This document shows positions 34,938-42,445 of a stretch of DNA of 64,000 bases, one piece after another. The notes under the pieces are model-generated. The model saw nothing but the letters and a program-made list of their open reading frames with translations. It ran no database searches and had not been told where the DNA came from. Positions within the stretch are counted from its first letter, which is position 1. The number at the start of each line of letters is the position of its first letter. The position numbers were made by a program, and so were the translations under genes. This DNA comes from an uncultured Pelagibacteraceae bacterium (GTDB lineage Bacteria > Pseudomonadota > Alphaproteobacteria > Pelagibacterales > Pelagibacteraceae): the NCBI GenBank assembly GCA_902591045.1, contig CACIZC010000003.1, forward strand, positions 29,568 to 93,567, written 5' to 3'.

Positions 34938-34998
34938 AACATTTATAGACAATTCCTTTTCTTCATGTTAACTACCGCAATAAAATCAAGGAGGATTT

Positions 34999-35193
34999 AT
35001 TAAAATAGACGTAAAAGATAACAACGTAGAACAGGCAATTAGAGTTCTTAAAAGAAGGCTTCAAAAAGAAGGTTTTTTTAAAATTATGAAAATGAGAAGC
35101 AATTATGAGAAACCGTCTGAAAAAAAAAAGAGAATTAAACTTGAAAACATAAAAAGAGTTAAAAAATTCCAACGTCTAAAAAATAGAATCTAG
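34999..35193 (+). CDS. rpsU: 30S ribosomal protein S21, apparent ATT start codon (absent from the ORF track)
   Basis: Hand translation gives (M/I)KIDVKDNNVEQAIRVLKRRLQKEGFFKIMKMRSNYEKPSEKKKRIKLENIKRVKKFQRLKNRI*. An in-frame TAA lies at 34981-34983 and no ATG/GTG/TTG occurs before the conserved N-terminus. A perfect SD AAGGAGG sits at 34988-34994. Confidence 0.8.
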   Translation: MKIDVKDNNVEQAIRVLKRRLQKEGFFKIMKMRSNYEKPSEKKKRIKLENIKRVKKFQRLKNRI

Positions 35194-35222
35194 TTTTAAA
35201 TAAATAATAAACAGGAGTGAGT

Positions 35223-35426
35223 ATGCCTTCAGGAAAGGTAAAGTGGTTTAATGCTAAGAAAGGATATGGCTTCATAACTGATGACGAAAGTGAAAAAGAT
35301 GTTTTTTTACATGTTTCTGCTCTCGAAGAGTCTAAGTTAAGAGTTCTTAAAGAGAATCAAAAAATTCAATTTGAAATAAAAGAAGAAAAAGGTAAGTTAA
35401 AAGCTGTTAATTTAAAACGAACTTAA
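35223..35426 (+). CDS. cspA: cold-shock domain protein
   Basis: GKVKWFNAKKGYGFI (RNP1) and VFLHVSA (RNP2). ATG at 35223 lies 6 nt after AGGAG; the track's GTG at 35217 is less likely. Confidence 0.93.
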   Translation: MPSGKVKWFNAKKGYGFITDDESEKDVFLHVSALEESKLRVLKENQKIQFEIKEEKGKLKAVNLKRT

Positions 35427-35432
35427 AATTAT

Positions 35433-35510
<78 letters not shown>

Positions 35511-35555
35511 CAATACCAACACTTTTTTATTTTAAGATACGTAAAGAAAGTTTTC

Positions 35556-35575
35556 CTGACACACGCCTGACACAA
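35556..35575 (+). repeat. tandem CTGACACA motif pair, left copy
   Basis: CTGACACACGCCTGACACAA matches 18/20 with 36652-36671. The internal unit recurs with an 11-nt period. Confidence 0.7.
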
Positions 35576-35586
35576 AGTGAGGTGAA

Positions 35587-36615
35587 TTATTTATGTTCGC
35601 TGTAAAAAGCTTTCCTGTTTTCTGCTTGCGCAATCATCTGTTTAATTTTTGCAACTGTCATCCAACATTCTAGAAATACTGTTCCTCCTGTGATCAATGT
35701 TCCAAGATCACGATTAGACATGTCTCTATAATTAGGTGGTAAGAAGTTTATGTTGTTGGATTTTGCAAATGTTTTAAGTGTTGAAGATTTAACACCGAAA
35801 AAAATATTCTGCGCCTTTTCTGCTGGTAAAAGAGCCACAGCAACACCAACGACATTTCCTTTTTGATTTATTATTGGTCCACCGCTGTTACCTTCGTTGA
35901 TAGTTGCATCTGTTTGAAAGTTTGAATAATTGTCTCCAAATCCAGCAAGAGCAGTTACACTTCCTTTGTGCGTTTTAATTGCAGCGCTAACTTTTTTTCC
36001 AAGTGGAAACCCTGCAACAATTACATTTTCTAATAAAGAAACATCTTCATTAGACACTGAAAAAACTTTGTTTGGACTCATGTTAGCTTTGATAATTGCA
36101 AGATCATTTTTCTTATCTGTTGCAATAATATCTGCTGGTATTTCTTTTCCTTTGATATTGGCTTTTACTGCATTGCATCCCTCTATAACGTGATGATTGG
36201 TAACCATATGACCATCTTTTGTTACAAAGAACCCTGTGCCTGATGCTGCAGCAAGTATTTTATCGTCGTCAGGAATTTTTTTAGGTTTTTTATTGTCTGT
36301 CTCAACATTTTTTTTATTTGGATTTTTAAAATCTTTATACCATTCAACAGAACCTTCCCACATAGACCTTTGCCATCCCTCCGAAGTATCTGCTATCCAA
36401 TCTACCAAACATCCATCTGGATCCGCTTTTGCATAAAAACTCTTTCTCTTGCAAAGATTCATGGAATCAATCATTACTGTACCTAAATGTTTTCCTTTAA
36501 CTTTGTATAGTTTAGCTGCAGGATCTGATATATGTCTTGCTGCAGATATAGGATCAGCATAAGCATTCCCGCTCAACAACAAACCCAGAACCACGATCGC
36601 TAAGACTTTTTTCAT
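35587..36615 (-). CDS. secreted trypsin-fold (S1C-like) serine protease without a PDZ domain
   Basis: Signal peptide MKKVLAIVVLGLLLSGNAYA and the catalytic triad context TNHHV / NDLAIIK / GNSGGP. ATG at 36615 is preferred; the track uses GTG at 36621. Confidence 0.8.
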   Translation of the reverse strand: MKKVLAIVVLGLLLSGNAYADPISAARHISDPAAKLYKVKGKHLGTVMIDSMNLCKRKSFYAKADPDGCLVDWIADTSEGWQRSMWEGSVEWYKDFKNPNKKNVETDNKKPKKIPDDDKILAAASGTGFFVTKDGHMVTNHHVIEGCNAVKANIKGKEIPADIIATDKKNDLAIIKANMSPNKVFSVSNEDVSLLENVIVAGFPLGKKVSAAIKTHKGSVTALAGFGDNYSNFQTDATINEGNSGGPIINQKGNVVGVAVALLPAEKAQNIFFGVKSSTLKTFAKSNNINFLPPNYRDMSNRDLGTLITGGTVFLECWMTVAKIKQMIAQAENRKAFYSEHK

Positions 36616-36651
36616 TGACACAATTTTCTCACTTTTTTTCTGCGATGTCTA

Positions 36652-36671
36652 CTGACACATCCCTGACACAA
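36652..36671 (+). repeat. tandem CTGACACA motif pair, right copy (a third single TGACACAA at 36616-36623)
   Basis: CTGACACATCCCTGACACAA lies in the protease upstream region. The single unit abuts the protease start codon. Confidence 0.7.
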
Positions 36672-36745
36672 CGTTAAGTAAATCTGAAAATTTTATCTAG
36701 CTTTTTTGATGTGTTATGTTAATTTTATGGGCAGAAAGGTACATG

Positions 36746-36798
36746 CGTCAGGCTCATAACCTGAAGGTCGTAGGTTCAAATCCTACCCCCGCAACCAA
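36746..36798 (+). repeat. direct repeat copy 2: displaced 3' fragment of tRNA-fMet (att-like scar)
   Basis: Exact 53-nt copy of 35458-35510. The upstream 30 nt show only patchy D-arm similarity and cannot form an acceptor stem. Confidence 0.85.
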
Positions 36799-36811
36799 AT
36801 TTAAAACAACT

Positions 36812-37573
36812 ATGACTACATTGGCAGAAAAATTAGCGAATGCATGGACAAAAAAAGATTTAATAGATGTTAAATCTGAAGATTTTCCAAAAAACAGAAA
36901 AGACTCACATTTGATACAAGAACAATTTCATAAAGTTCTAAAGAAAAAAACTGTAGGCTGGAAAATAGGTATGGTGACTAAGAATTTACAAGATGGTGCA
37001 AAAGTTGATGGACCTATGATTGGAAGAATTATAGATGAAACTGTTTTAATTAACCCACTAAAAATTCAGTATAGTAAAGTACCTCACTGTATTTTGGAAT
37101 GTGAGTTTGCTTTAAAATTTTCAGAAGATACTAAAATGGTTCCGGGTGCCGAAAACAAAAAGGGTAATTATGAAATCTACATTTCTTTAGAATTAGTCTC
37201 GACACGTATTAATCCTAATTCTAAAAAAAATTTAAATAGTCTAGAACTAATGTTTTTAGGTGTTGCAGATAATGGTGGGGCCGGAGCTATTGTTATTGGA
37301 GATAAAATTCAAAATCTTAATAGTGTTAACTTAAATTTAGTAGAGGTTGAGGTTGATTTGAATGGCAAAATAACTGGTGCTTGGGAAAAAAGAGCTCATC
37401 CAACTGAGGCTATTAAATGTATTATCAATGAATTTAAAGATAATCCTGTCATTTTTAAAAAGGGAGACTGGTTTATGACTGGATCAATAATTCAGCCGAT
37501 TAAGATAAATAAAGGTGATAAAATTAAAGTTAATTTTAAGACTTTAGGAAAAATAAACTTAGACTTTATTTAA
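36812..37573 (+). CDS. 2-keto-4-pentenoate hydratase-like protein (FAH/MhpD family)
   Basis: 253 aa from ATG 36812, with GWKIGMV and a general MhpD/HpcG-like layout. The track's ORF start (36716) translates the tRNA fragment and is rejected. Confidence 0.5.
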   Translation: MTTLAEKLANAWTKKDLIDVKSEDFPKNRKDSHLIQEQFHKVLKKKTVGWKIGMVTKNLQDGAKVDGPMIGRIIDETVLINPLKIQYSKVPHCILECEFALKFSEDTKMVPGAENKKGNYEIYISLELVSTRINPNSKKNLNSLELMFLGVADNGGAGAIVIGDKIQNLNSVNLNLVEVEVDLNGKITGAWEKRAHPTEAIKCIINEFKDNPVIFKKGDWFMTGSIIQPIKINKGDKIKVNFKTLGKINLDFI

Positions 37574-38271
37574 ATTTTAAATCTCGATTTTTTGCTATCT
37601 TGTAGAAAAGCCTTGACTGTATCTTTAGTTAGTTGATCAAACGATTTTCCGAAATTAGAAACTTTTTCAATCACCTTTGGTGGCATAGTAATAATTTGAC
37701 ATTCAATTTGCTTGGCCTGTATGTAATTATAAGGCTCTCTTGTGCTAGCCCACAGAATTTCAACTTTAGTTTTTCTTTTTGTCATTTGAACTGCTTTTTT
37801 AACAATTGGAACAGGATCTTTACCCACATCAGCCATTCGACCTGAAAAAATTGAAATTATAGATTTGGTTTTATTATCAAGACATCTATTAATTTTCTTC
37901 ACCTGAGCAACTGTATAAACCGCTGTAATATTAAGCTTAATTTTCTTTTTATTTAATTTATTTATTAATTGTCCGGTAAACTTTCCTTTGCTGTTAATCA
38001 CTGGAATTTTAACATAAATATTTTTTCCCCAAGAGTTTATTTTTAAAGCTTGTTTTTCCATTTCAGCAAAATTGTCTGCGAAGACTTCTAACGAAATTGG
38101 TTTTTTTCTACAAATTTTTAAAAGAAGTTTTGAATATTTTTCATAACTCTTTGCTCCTGCTTTTCGCATTAAACTTGGATTTGTGGTGAAACCGTCAACA
38201 ATTGATTTTTTATTAAACTCTTTTATTGTTTTGCTATCGGCAATATCACAAAATATTTTTGTTTTAGGCAT
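37570..38271 (-). CDS. transaldolase family protein (short, Fsa/TalC-like)
   Basis: 233 aa with FCDIAD...DGFTTNPSL. Confidence 0.75.
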   Translation of the reverse strand: MPKTKIFCDIADSKTIKEFNKKSIVDGFTTNPSLMRKAGAKSYEKYSKLLLKICRKKPISLEVFADNFAEMEKQALKINSWGKNIYVKIPVINSKGKFTGQLINKLNKKKIKLNITAVYTVAQVKKINRCLDNKTKSIISIFSGRMADVGKDPVPIVKKAVQMTKRKTKVEILWASTREPYNYIQAKQIECQIITMPPKVIEKVSNFGKSFDQLTKDTVKAFLQDSKKSRFKI

Positions 38272-38273
38272 AT

Positions 38274-39671
38274 CTAAATATTTTTCACAATATCTTCTGT
38301 CATTTTTTTTGCATCAGCAAATAACATAAGAGTATTATCTCTATAAAAAAGTTCATTATCAACCCCTGCATACCCTGGTGACAAACTTCTTTTAACGAAT
38401 AAAACCGATTTACATTTTTCTACATCTAAAACTGGCATTCCATAAATAGGGCTTTGAGGGTCAGTTTTAGCTACAGGATTTGTTACATCGTTGGCGCCTA
38501 TTACAAATGCAACATCGGTATTTGCAAAATCATTATTAATGTCATCTAATTCAAAGACTTCATCATAAGGAACGTTTGCCTCGGCTAATAAAACATTCAT
38601 GTGTCCAGGCATTCTTCCAGCTACAGGATGTACTGCATAGGAAACTTTAATGTCGTTTTTCTTCAAAGCGTCAACCATTTCTCTCAATGCATGCTGTGCT
38701 TGTGCAACAGCCATACCATATCCAGGAACTATAATTACTGATGAAGCATTTTTAAGTAGGAAAGCTGCATCTTCGGCGTTACCGCTCTTAACTGGTTTTT
38801 GATCTTTTTTCTTTTCTTTGCCAATGGTCGAATCTCCTCCAAATCCACCCAAGATAACACTGAAGAAAGATCTATTCATACCTTTACACATTATGTATGA
38901 CAATATTGCTCCCGAAGACCCAACTAAAGCCCCTGTTATAATTAACGCAGTGTTTTCTAAAGTAAATCCAATTCCAGCGGCTGCCCAACCTGAATATGAA
39001 TTCAGCATCGAAATAACTACAGGCATATCTGCGCCACCAATTGGAATAATTAATAAAACTCCAATTAAGAAGGATATTCCAATCATTCTCCAAAAAAAAC
39101 TTTCTGACTGTGTTGTGCACAGAAAATAAATTAATACGATGATGGATATACCTAATATTAAGTTGAGAAAATGCTGTCCCTTAAAAGTGATTGGTGAACC
39201 TGACATTATTCCCCGAAGTTTCAAGAAAGCTATTATTGATCCTGAAAAAGTAATTGCTCCTATTGCAGCACCAATTGACATTTCAATCAAACTAGCAAGT
39301 TTAATATCCCCTGGTGAACCAAGGTTAAAAGCTTGTGGATTTAAAAAAGCTGATATAGCTACAAAAACTGCGGCGAGACCTACAAGGCTGTGAAAACCAG
39401 CTACTAACTCTGGCATTGCTGTCATTGGTATTTTAAATGCAATAAAAGCACCTATAGCTCCTCCAATGACTAAAAATAATAATACATAATTCATTGCAGC
39501 TGAAAAATTACCAACTGTTAAAAATGTAACGGCAATAGCAATTATCATTCCTAAAATTCCAAAGAAATTTCCCTGTCTGGATGTTTCCGGAGAAGATAAA
39601 CCTCTTAGTGCAAGAATAAAAAGTATTCCTGAAATTAAATAAAATATTGCTGATAAATTAGCTGATATCAT
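38274..39671 (-). CDS. pntB: NAD(P) transhydrogenase subunit beta
   Basis: 465 aa with a multi-TM N-half and an NADP(H)-binding C-half (PGYGMAVAQAQH, VHPVAGRMPGHMNVLLAEA). Confidence 0.93.
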   Translation of the reverse strand: MISANLSAIFYLISGILFILALRGLSSPETSRQGNFFGILGMIIAIAVTFLTVGNFSAAMNYVLLFLVIGGAIGAFIAFKIPMTAMPELVAGFHSLVGLAAVFVAISAFLNPQAFNLGSPGDIKLASLIEMSIGAAIGAITFSGSIIAFLKLRGIMSGSPITFKGQHFLNLILGISIIVLIYFLCTTQSESFFWRMIGISFLIGVLLIIPIGGADMPVVISMLNSYSGWAAAGIGFTLENTALIITGALVGSSGAILSYIMCKGMNRSFFSVILGGFGGDSTIGKEKKKDQKPVKSGNAEDAAFLLKNASSVIIVPGYGMAVAQAQHALREMVDALKKNDIKVSYAVHPVAGRMPGHMNVLLAEANVPYDEVFELDDINNDFANTDVAFVIGANDVTNPVAKTDPQSPIYGMPVLDVEKCKSVLFVKRSLSPGYAGVDNELFYRDNTLMLFADAKKMTEDIVKNI

Positions 39672-39979
39672 TTTTTATCTTTTTTCTTTTTTTTGTACAT
39701 TTGAAGCATTCTTTGAGTAACTAAAAATCCCCCAAATATATTAACAGCAGCCAAGACAATTGCTAAAAAACCAAAAATATTTGATATTTCAAAGATATTG
39801 TTTGATGAGCTCGCTAGCGCTGCAATTATAGCGCCAACAATAATTACTGAAGATATTGCATTAGTTACTGACATTAAGGGAGTATGCAAAGATGGGGTGA
39901 CACTCCAAACAACATAATATCCAACAAATATTGCTAAAATAAAAATGCTAAACCTAAATATAAATGGATCAATTTCCAT
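39668..39979 (-). CDS. pntAB: NAD(P) transhydrogenase subunit alpha part 2 (membrane)
   Basis: 103-aa hydrophobic protein between pntAA and pntB, the split-alpha architecture seen in Rhodospirillum. Confidence 0.8.
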   Translation of the reverse strand: MEIDPFIFRFSIFILAIFVGYYVVWSVTPSLHTPLMSVTNAISSVIIVGAIIAALASSSNNIFEISNIFGFLAIVLAAVNIFGGFLVTQRMLQMYKKKKKDKK

Positions 39980-39980
39980 A

Positions 39981-41081
39981 TTAATTATTTTCCTTTATTA
40001 AAGTATTTTTGATAATTTCGTCTTCCATATTAATAATAAATTGTTTTTTTTCTTTGCTGTATAGATTTCTAACAAAGCTAAATATATTTTTAGCATATAG
40101 ATTTGATGCAGTAAGAGGTAATTTGTTCATAACGTTTCCTATTCCAATTATTTTAACCCCTTTTTTAACCACTATTTTATCTGTTTCAGAGTAAGCTGCG
40201 TTCCCTCCTTGTGTTACAGCTAGATCAAAAATAACTGAACCTGACTTCATATTATCAATCATTTTTTCACTAATGATTCTAGGTGCAGGCTTTCCAGGGA
40301 TTAGTGCCGTACAAATAATAATGTCACTCTTCAAAGCAGCATTTTCTAACATTTGTTCCTGTTTCCTTTTAAAGTCTTCTCCAGCTTCCTTGGCATAACC
40401 ACCTTTTGTTTCTAAATTTTCTGAACCTTCAACTGTTAAAAACTTTCCTCCTAAACTTTCAACTTGTTCCTTGGCTGACATTCTAACATCGGTTGCTGAA
40501 ACTATTGCGCCTAATCTCTTAGCAGTTGCGATAGCTTGTAAGCCTGCAACACCTGCCCCAACCACCAATACTTTAGCTGCGGGAATAGTCCCTGCAGCAG
40601 TCATCATCATTGGTACTGCTTTTTCAAATTCATAGATCGACTCTATAACCGCTCTATATCCCGCAAGGTTTGCTTGGGATGAAAGAACATCCATAGATTG
40701 TGCTCTTGTTATTCTTGGTAAAAAATTTAAGGCAAAAATATTAATTTTACTTTTTAAATAAAAACTTTGGTGAAAGTTTTTGTCTTTTTCATAATTATAA
40801 TTAGATACAATTAAGTTTGAATTTTCTTTAATATTTTTAAACTCTTCTTCGTTAGGTAAGTTTACTTTACATACCAAATTTGATCTGGATAATATATCTT
40901 TTGGATCATTTAAAATTTCAACGCCTTTATCTTTATATTCTTTATCACTAAAACCGAGGCTTTCTCCGTATCCTTTTTCCAAAAAAATATTTAACCCTAA
41001 GTCTTTTAGACTTTTTGAAGTATCAGGCGTAATAGATATTCTTTTTTCTGGATTTTTTTCTTTTGTTGACCCTACGTTCAT
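39981..41081 (-). CDS. pntAA: NAD(P) transhydrogenase subunit alpha part 1 (NAD(H)-binding)
   Basis: 366 aa with an alanine dehydrogenase/PNT fold and the Rossmann motif VVGAGVAGLQA. Confidence 0.9.
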   Translation of the reverse strand: MNVGSTKEKNPEKRISITPDTSKSLKDLGLNIFLEKGYGESLGFSDKEYKDKGVEILNDPKDILSRSNLVCKVNLPNEEEFKNIKENSNLIVSNYNYEKDKNFHQSFYLKSKINIFALNFLPRITRAQSMDVLSSQANLAGYRAVIESIYEFEKAVPMMMTAAGTIPAAKVLVVGAGVAGLQAIATAKRLGAIVSATDVRMSAKEQVESLGGKFLTVEGSENLETKGGYAKEAGEDFKRKQEQMLENAALKSDIIICTALIPGKPAPRIISEKMIDNMKSGSVIFDLAVTQGGNAAYSETDKIVVKKGVKIIGIGNVMNKLPLTASNLYAKNIFSFVRNLYSKEKKQFIINMEDEIIKNTLIKENN

Positions 41082-41089
41082 TAAAAAAT

Positions 41090-41215
41090 TTAGCCTTGCC
41101 GAGCTTTAAATTTAGGTTTTTTTTTATTTATCACATAAACCTTTCCTCTTCTTTTTACCAATTTGGAATCAAGGTCTCTTTTTTTTAATGATTTTAACGA
41201 ACTAGCTATTCTCAT
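41090..41215 (-). CDS. rpmJ: 50S ribosomal protein L36, cysteine-free (zinc-independent) form; absent from the ORF track
   Basis: Hand translation gives [41 protein letters not shown] (41 aa). It matches the alphaproteobacterial L36 pattern ...SLK....R......V.R.G.VYVINK..P.FKARQG. Confidence 0.85.
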   Translation of the reverse strand: MRIASSLKSLKKRDLDSKLVKRRGKVYVINKKKPKFKARQG

Positions 41216-41229
41216 AATAAATTTTTTAA

Positions 41230-41345
41230 GCCTGGCAACGTCCTACTCTCCCATATCTTAAGACAAAGTACCATCGGCGCTGAAGGGCTTGACTTCCGAG
41301 TTCGGAATGGGATCGGGTATGACCCCTTCGCAATAATCACCAGGC
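41230..41345 (-). rRNA. rrf: 5S ribosomal RNA (orphan; no 23S within the next 22.6 kb)
   Basis: Reverse complement GCCTGGTGATTATTGCGAAGGGGTCATACCCGATCCCATTCCGAACTCGGAAGTCAAGCCCTTCAGCGCCGATGGTACTTTG...GGGAGAGTAGGACGTTGCCAGGC carries the universal 5S blocks (CCGAAC, GTAGG). The ends pair to form helix I. Confidence 0.93.
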
Positions 41346-41350
41346 AAAAC

Positions 41351-41379
41351 TTTATATTATTTTTTCCTGATGTTGTAAA
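41351..41379 (-). promoter_or_regulatory. candidate sigma-70 promoter for the 5S rRNA gene
   Basis: On the minus strand: TTTACA (41379-41374), a 17-nt spacer, TATAAA (41356-41351), then 5 nt to the first base of mature 5S (41345). Confidence 0.5.
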
Positions 41380-41410
41380 CAGCATTTAATGACATTATAA
41401 GTAAAAAATA

Positions 41411-42445
41411 ATGAACAAAACTTTAAAAACAGCAATTATTGGTTATGGTGTTGTAGGAAAAAAAAGGAAATTATTTATAGAACAAAATAAAAGTTATAAT
41501 CTTCTTTATGTTGCTGATACAAAGTTTAAAAAGACAATTAAAAGCAAGTCCATAATATTCTTTAAAAATTATAAAAATATACTTAAAAAAGATATTGATG
41601 TTGTATTTATTACATTACCCACTTACCTTGCGGCAACAGTAACGCTAAAATTTATCAAAAAAGGGGTTCATGTATTCTGCGAAAAACCACCTGCAAAAAG
41701 TGTTGCTGAAATAAACAAAGTTTTTTTAGCTTCCAAAAAAAAACGGAATTTGAAAATAAAATATGGCTTTAATCATAGATATCACTCATCAGTAAAACTG
41801 GCTAAGCAAATTATTAAAAGCAAAAAATACGGTGAAATATTAAATCTAAGATGTTTGTACGGTAAAAGCAGAATCATAACTCCGTATGATAATAGATTTA
41901 CGGGCACTAAAGACGACTGGAGATCTAGAAGAAAATTGTCTGGTGGTGGTATTTTGTTGGATCAAGGTATTCACCTTTTAGATTTACTAAGATTTTTTAA
42001 TGGCGACTTCCATGAATACAAAAGCTTTATTTCTAATAAATTTTGGAATTATGATATCGAAGACAATGCTTTTGCCCTTATGAGAGATAAAAAAGGTGTT
42101 ATTGCATCTATTCATTCAACAGCGACTCAGTGGACGCACAAATTTAGAATAGAAATTGCCCTAAGATATGCTTTGATTGAACTTAAAGGTATACTCTCAA
42201 GAACAAAAAGCTACGGAAAAGAGTCGCTAAGAATTACGGAAAGATTACCAAAATCTATTCGAGGTTCCAAAATCAAAAAAGAATATTATTATAATAAAGA
42301 TAATTCTTGGAAAGAAGAAATAGATGAATTCGCGAACATCATTAAAAAAAATATTCCAGTTAAAACTGGAAATATTTACGATGCTGTTATGGTAATGAAA
42401 ATGGTTGAAAAAATTTACAAAGCTGACAAAAGAAATTTAAAGTAA
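41411..42445 (+). CDS. Gfo/Idh/MocA family NAD(P)-dependent oxidoreductase
   Basis: 344 aa with the N-terminal Rossmann motif AIIGYGVVGKKR and CEKPPA. Confidence 0.8.
   Translation: MNKTLKTAIIGYGVVGKKRKLFIEQNKSYNLLYVADTKFKKTIKSKSIIFFKNYKNILKKDIDVVFITLPTYLAATVTLKFIKKGVHVFCEKPPAKSVAEINKVFLASKKKRNLKIKYGFNHRYHSSVKLAKQIIKSKKYGEILNLRCLYGKSRIITPYDNRFTGTKDDWRSRRKLSGGGILLDQGIHLLDLLRFFNGDFHEYKSFISNKFWNYDIEDNAFALMRDKKGVIASIHSTATQWTHKFRIEIALRYALIELKGILSRTKSYGKESLRITERLPKSIRGSKIKKEYYYNKDNSWKEEIDEFANIIKKNIPVKTGNIYDAVMVMKMVEKIYKADKRNLK

Noticed and set aside
34972-35172. 66-aa minus-strand ORF between purE and csp.
   Set aside because: It is antisense to the clearly recognisable rpsU reading frame (34999-35193) and is therefore spurious.
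36672-36678. GTTAAGT matches the integron attC core consensus GTTRRRY, next to a single promoter-distal cassette-like gene.
   Set aside because: A degenerate 7-mer is expected by chance in this much DNA. There is no IntI gene, no paired inverse core site and no cassette array.
36716-36811. N-terminal 32 codons of the track ORF 36716-37573.
   Set aside because: These codons are a translation of the tRNA-fMet 3' fragment (..AHNLKVVGSNPTPAT..). The plausible start is ATG 36812.
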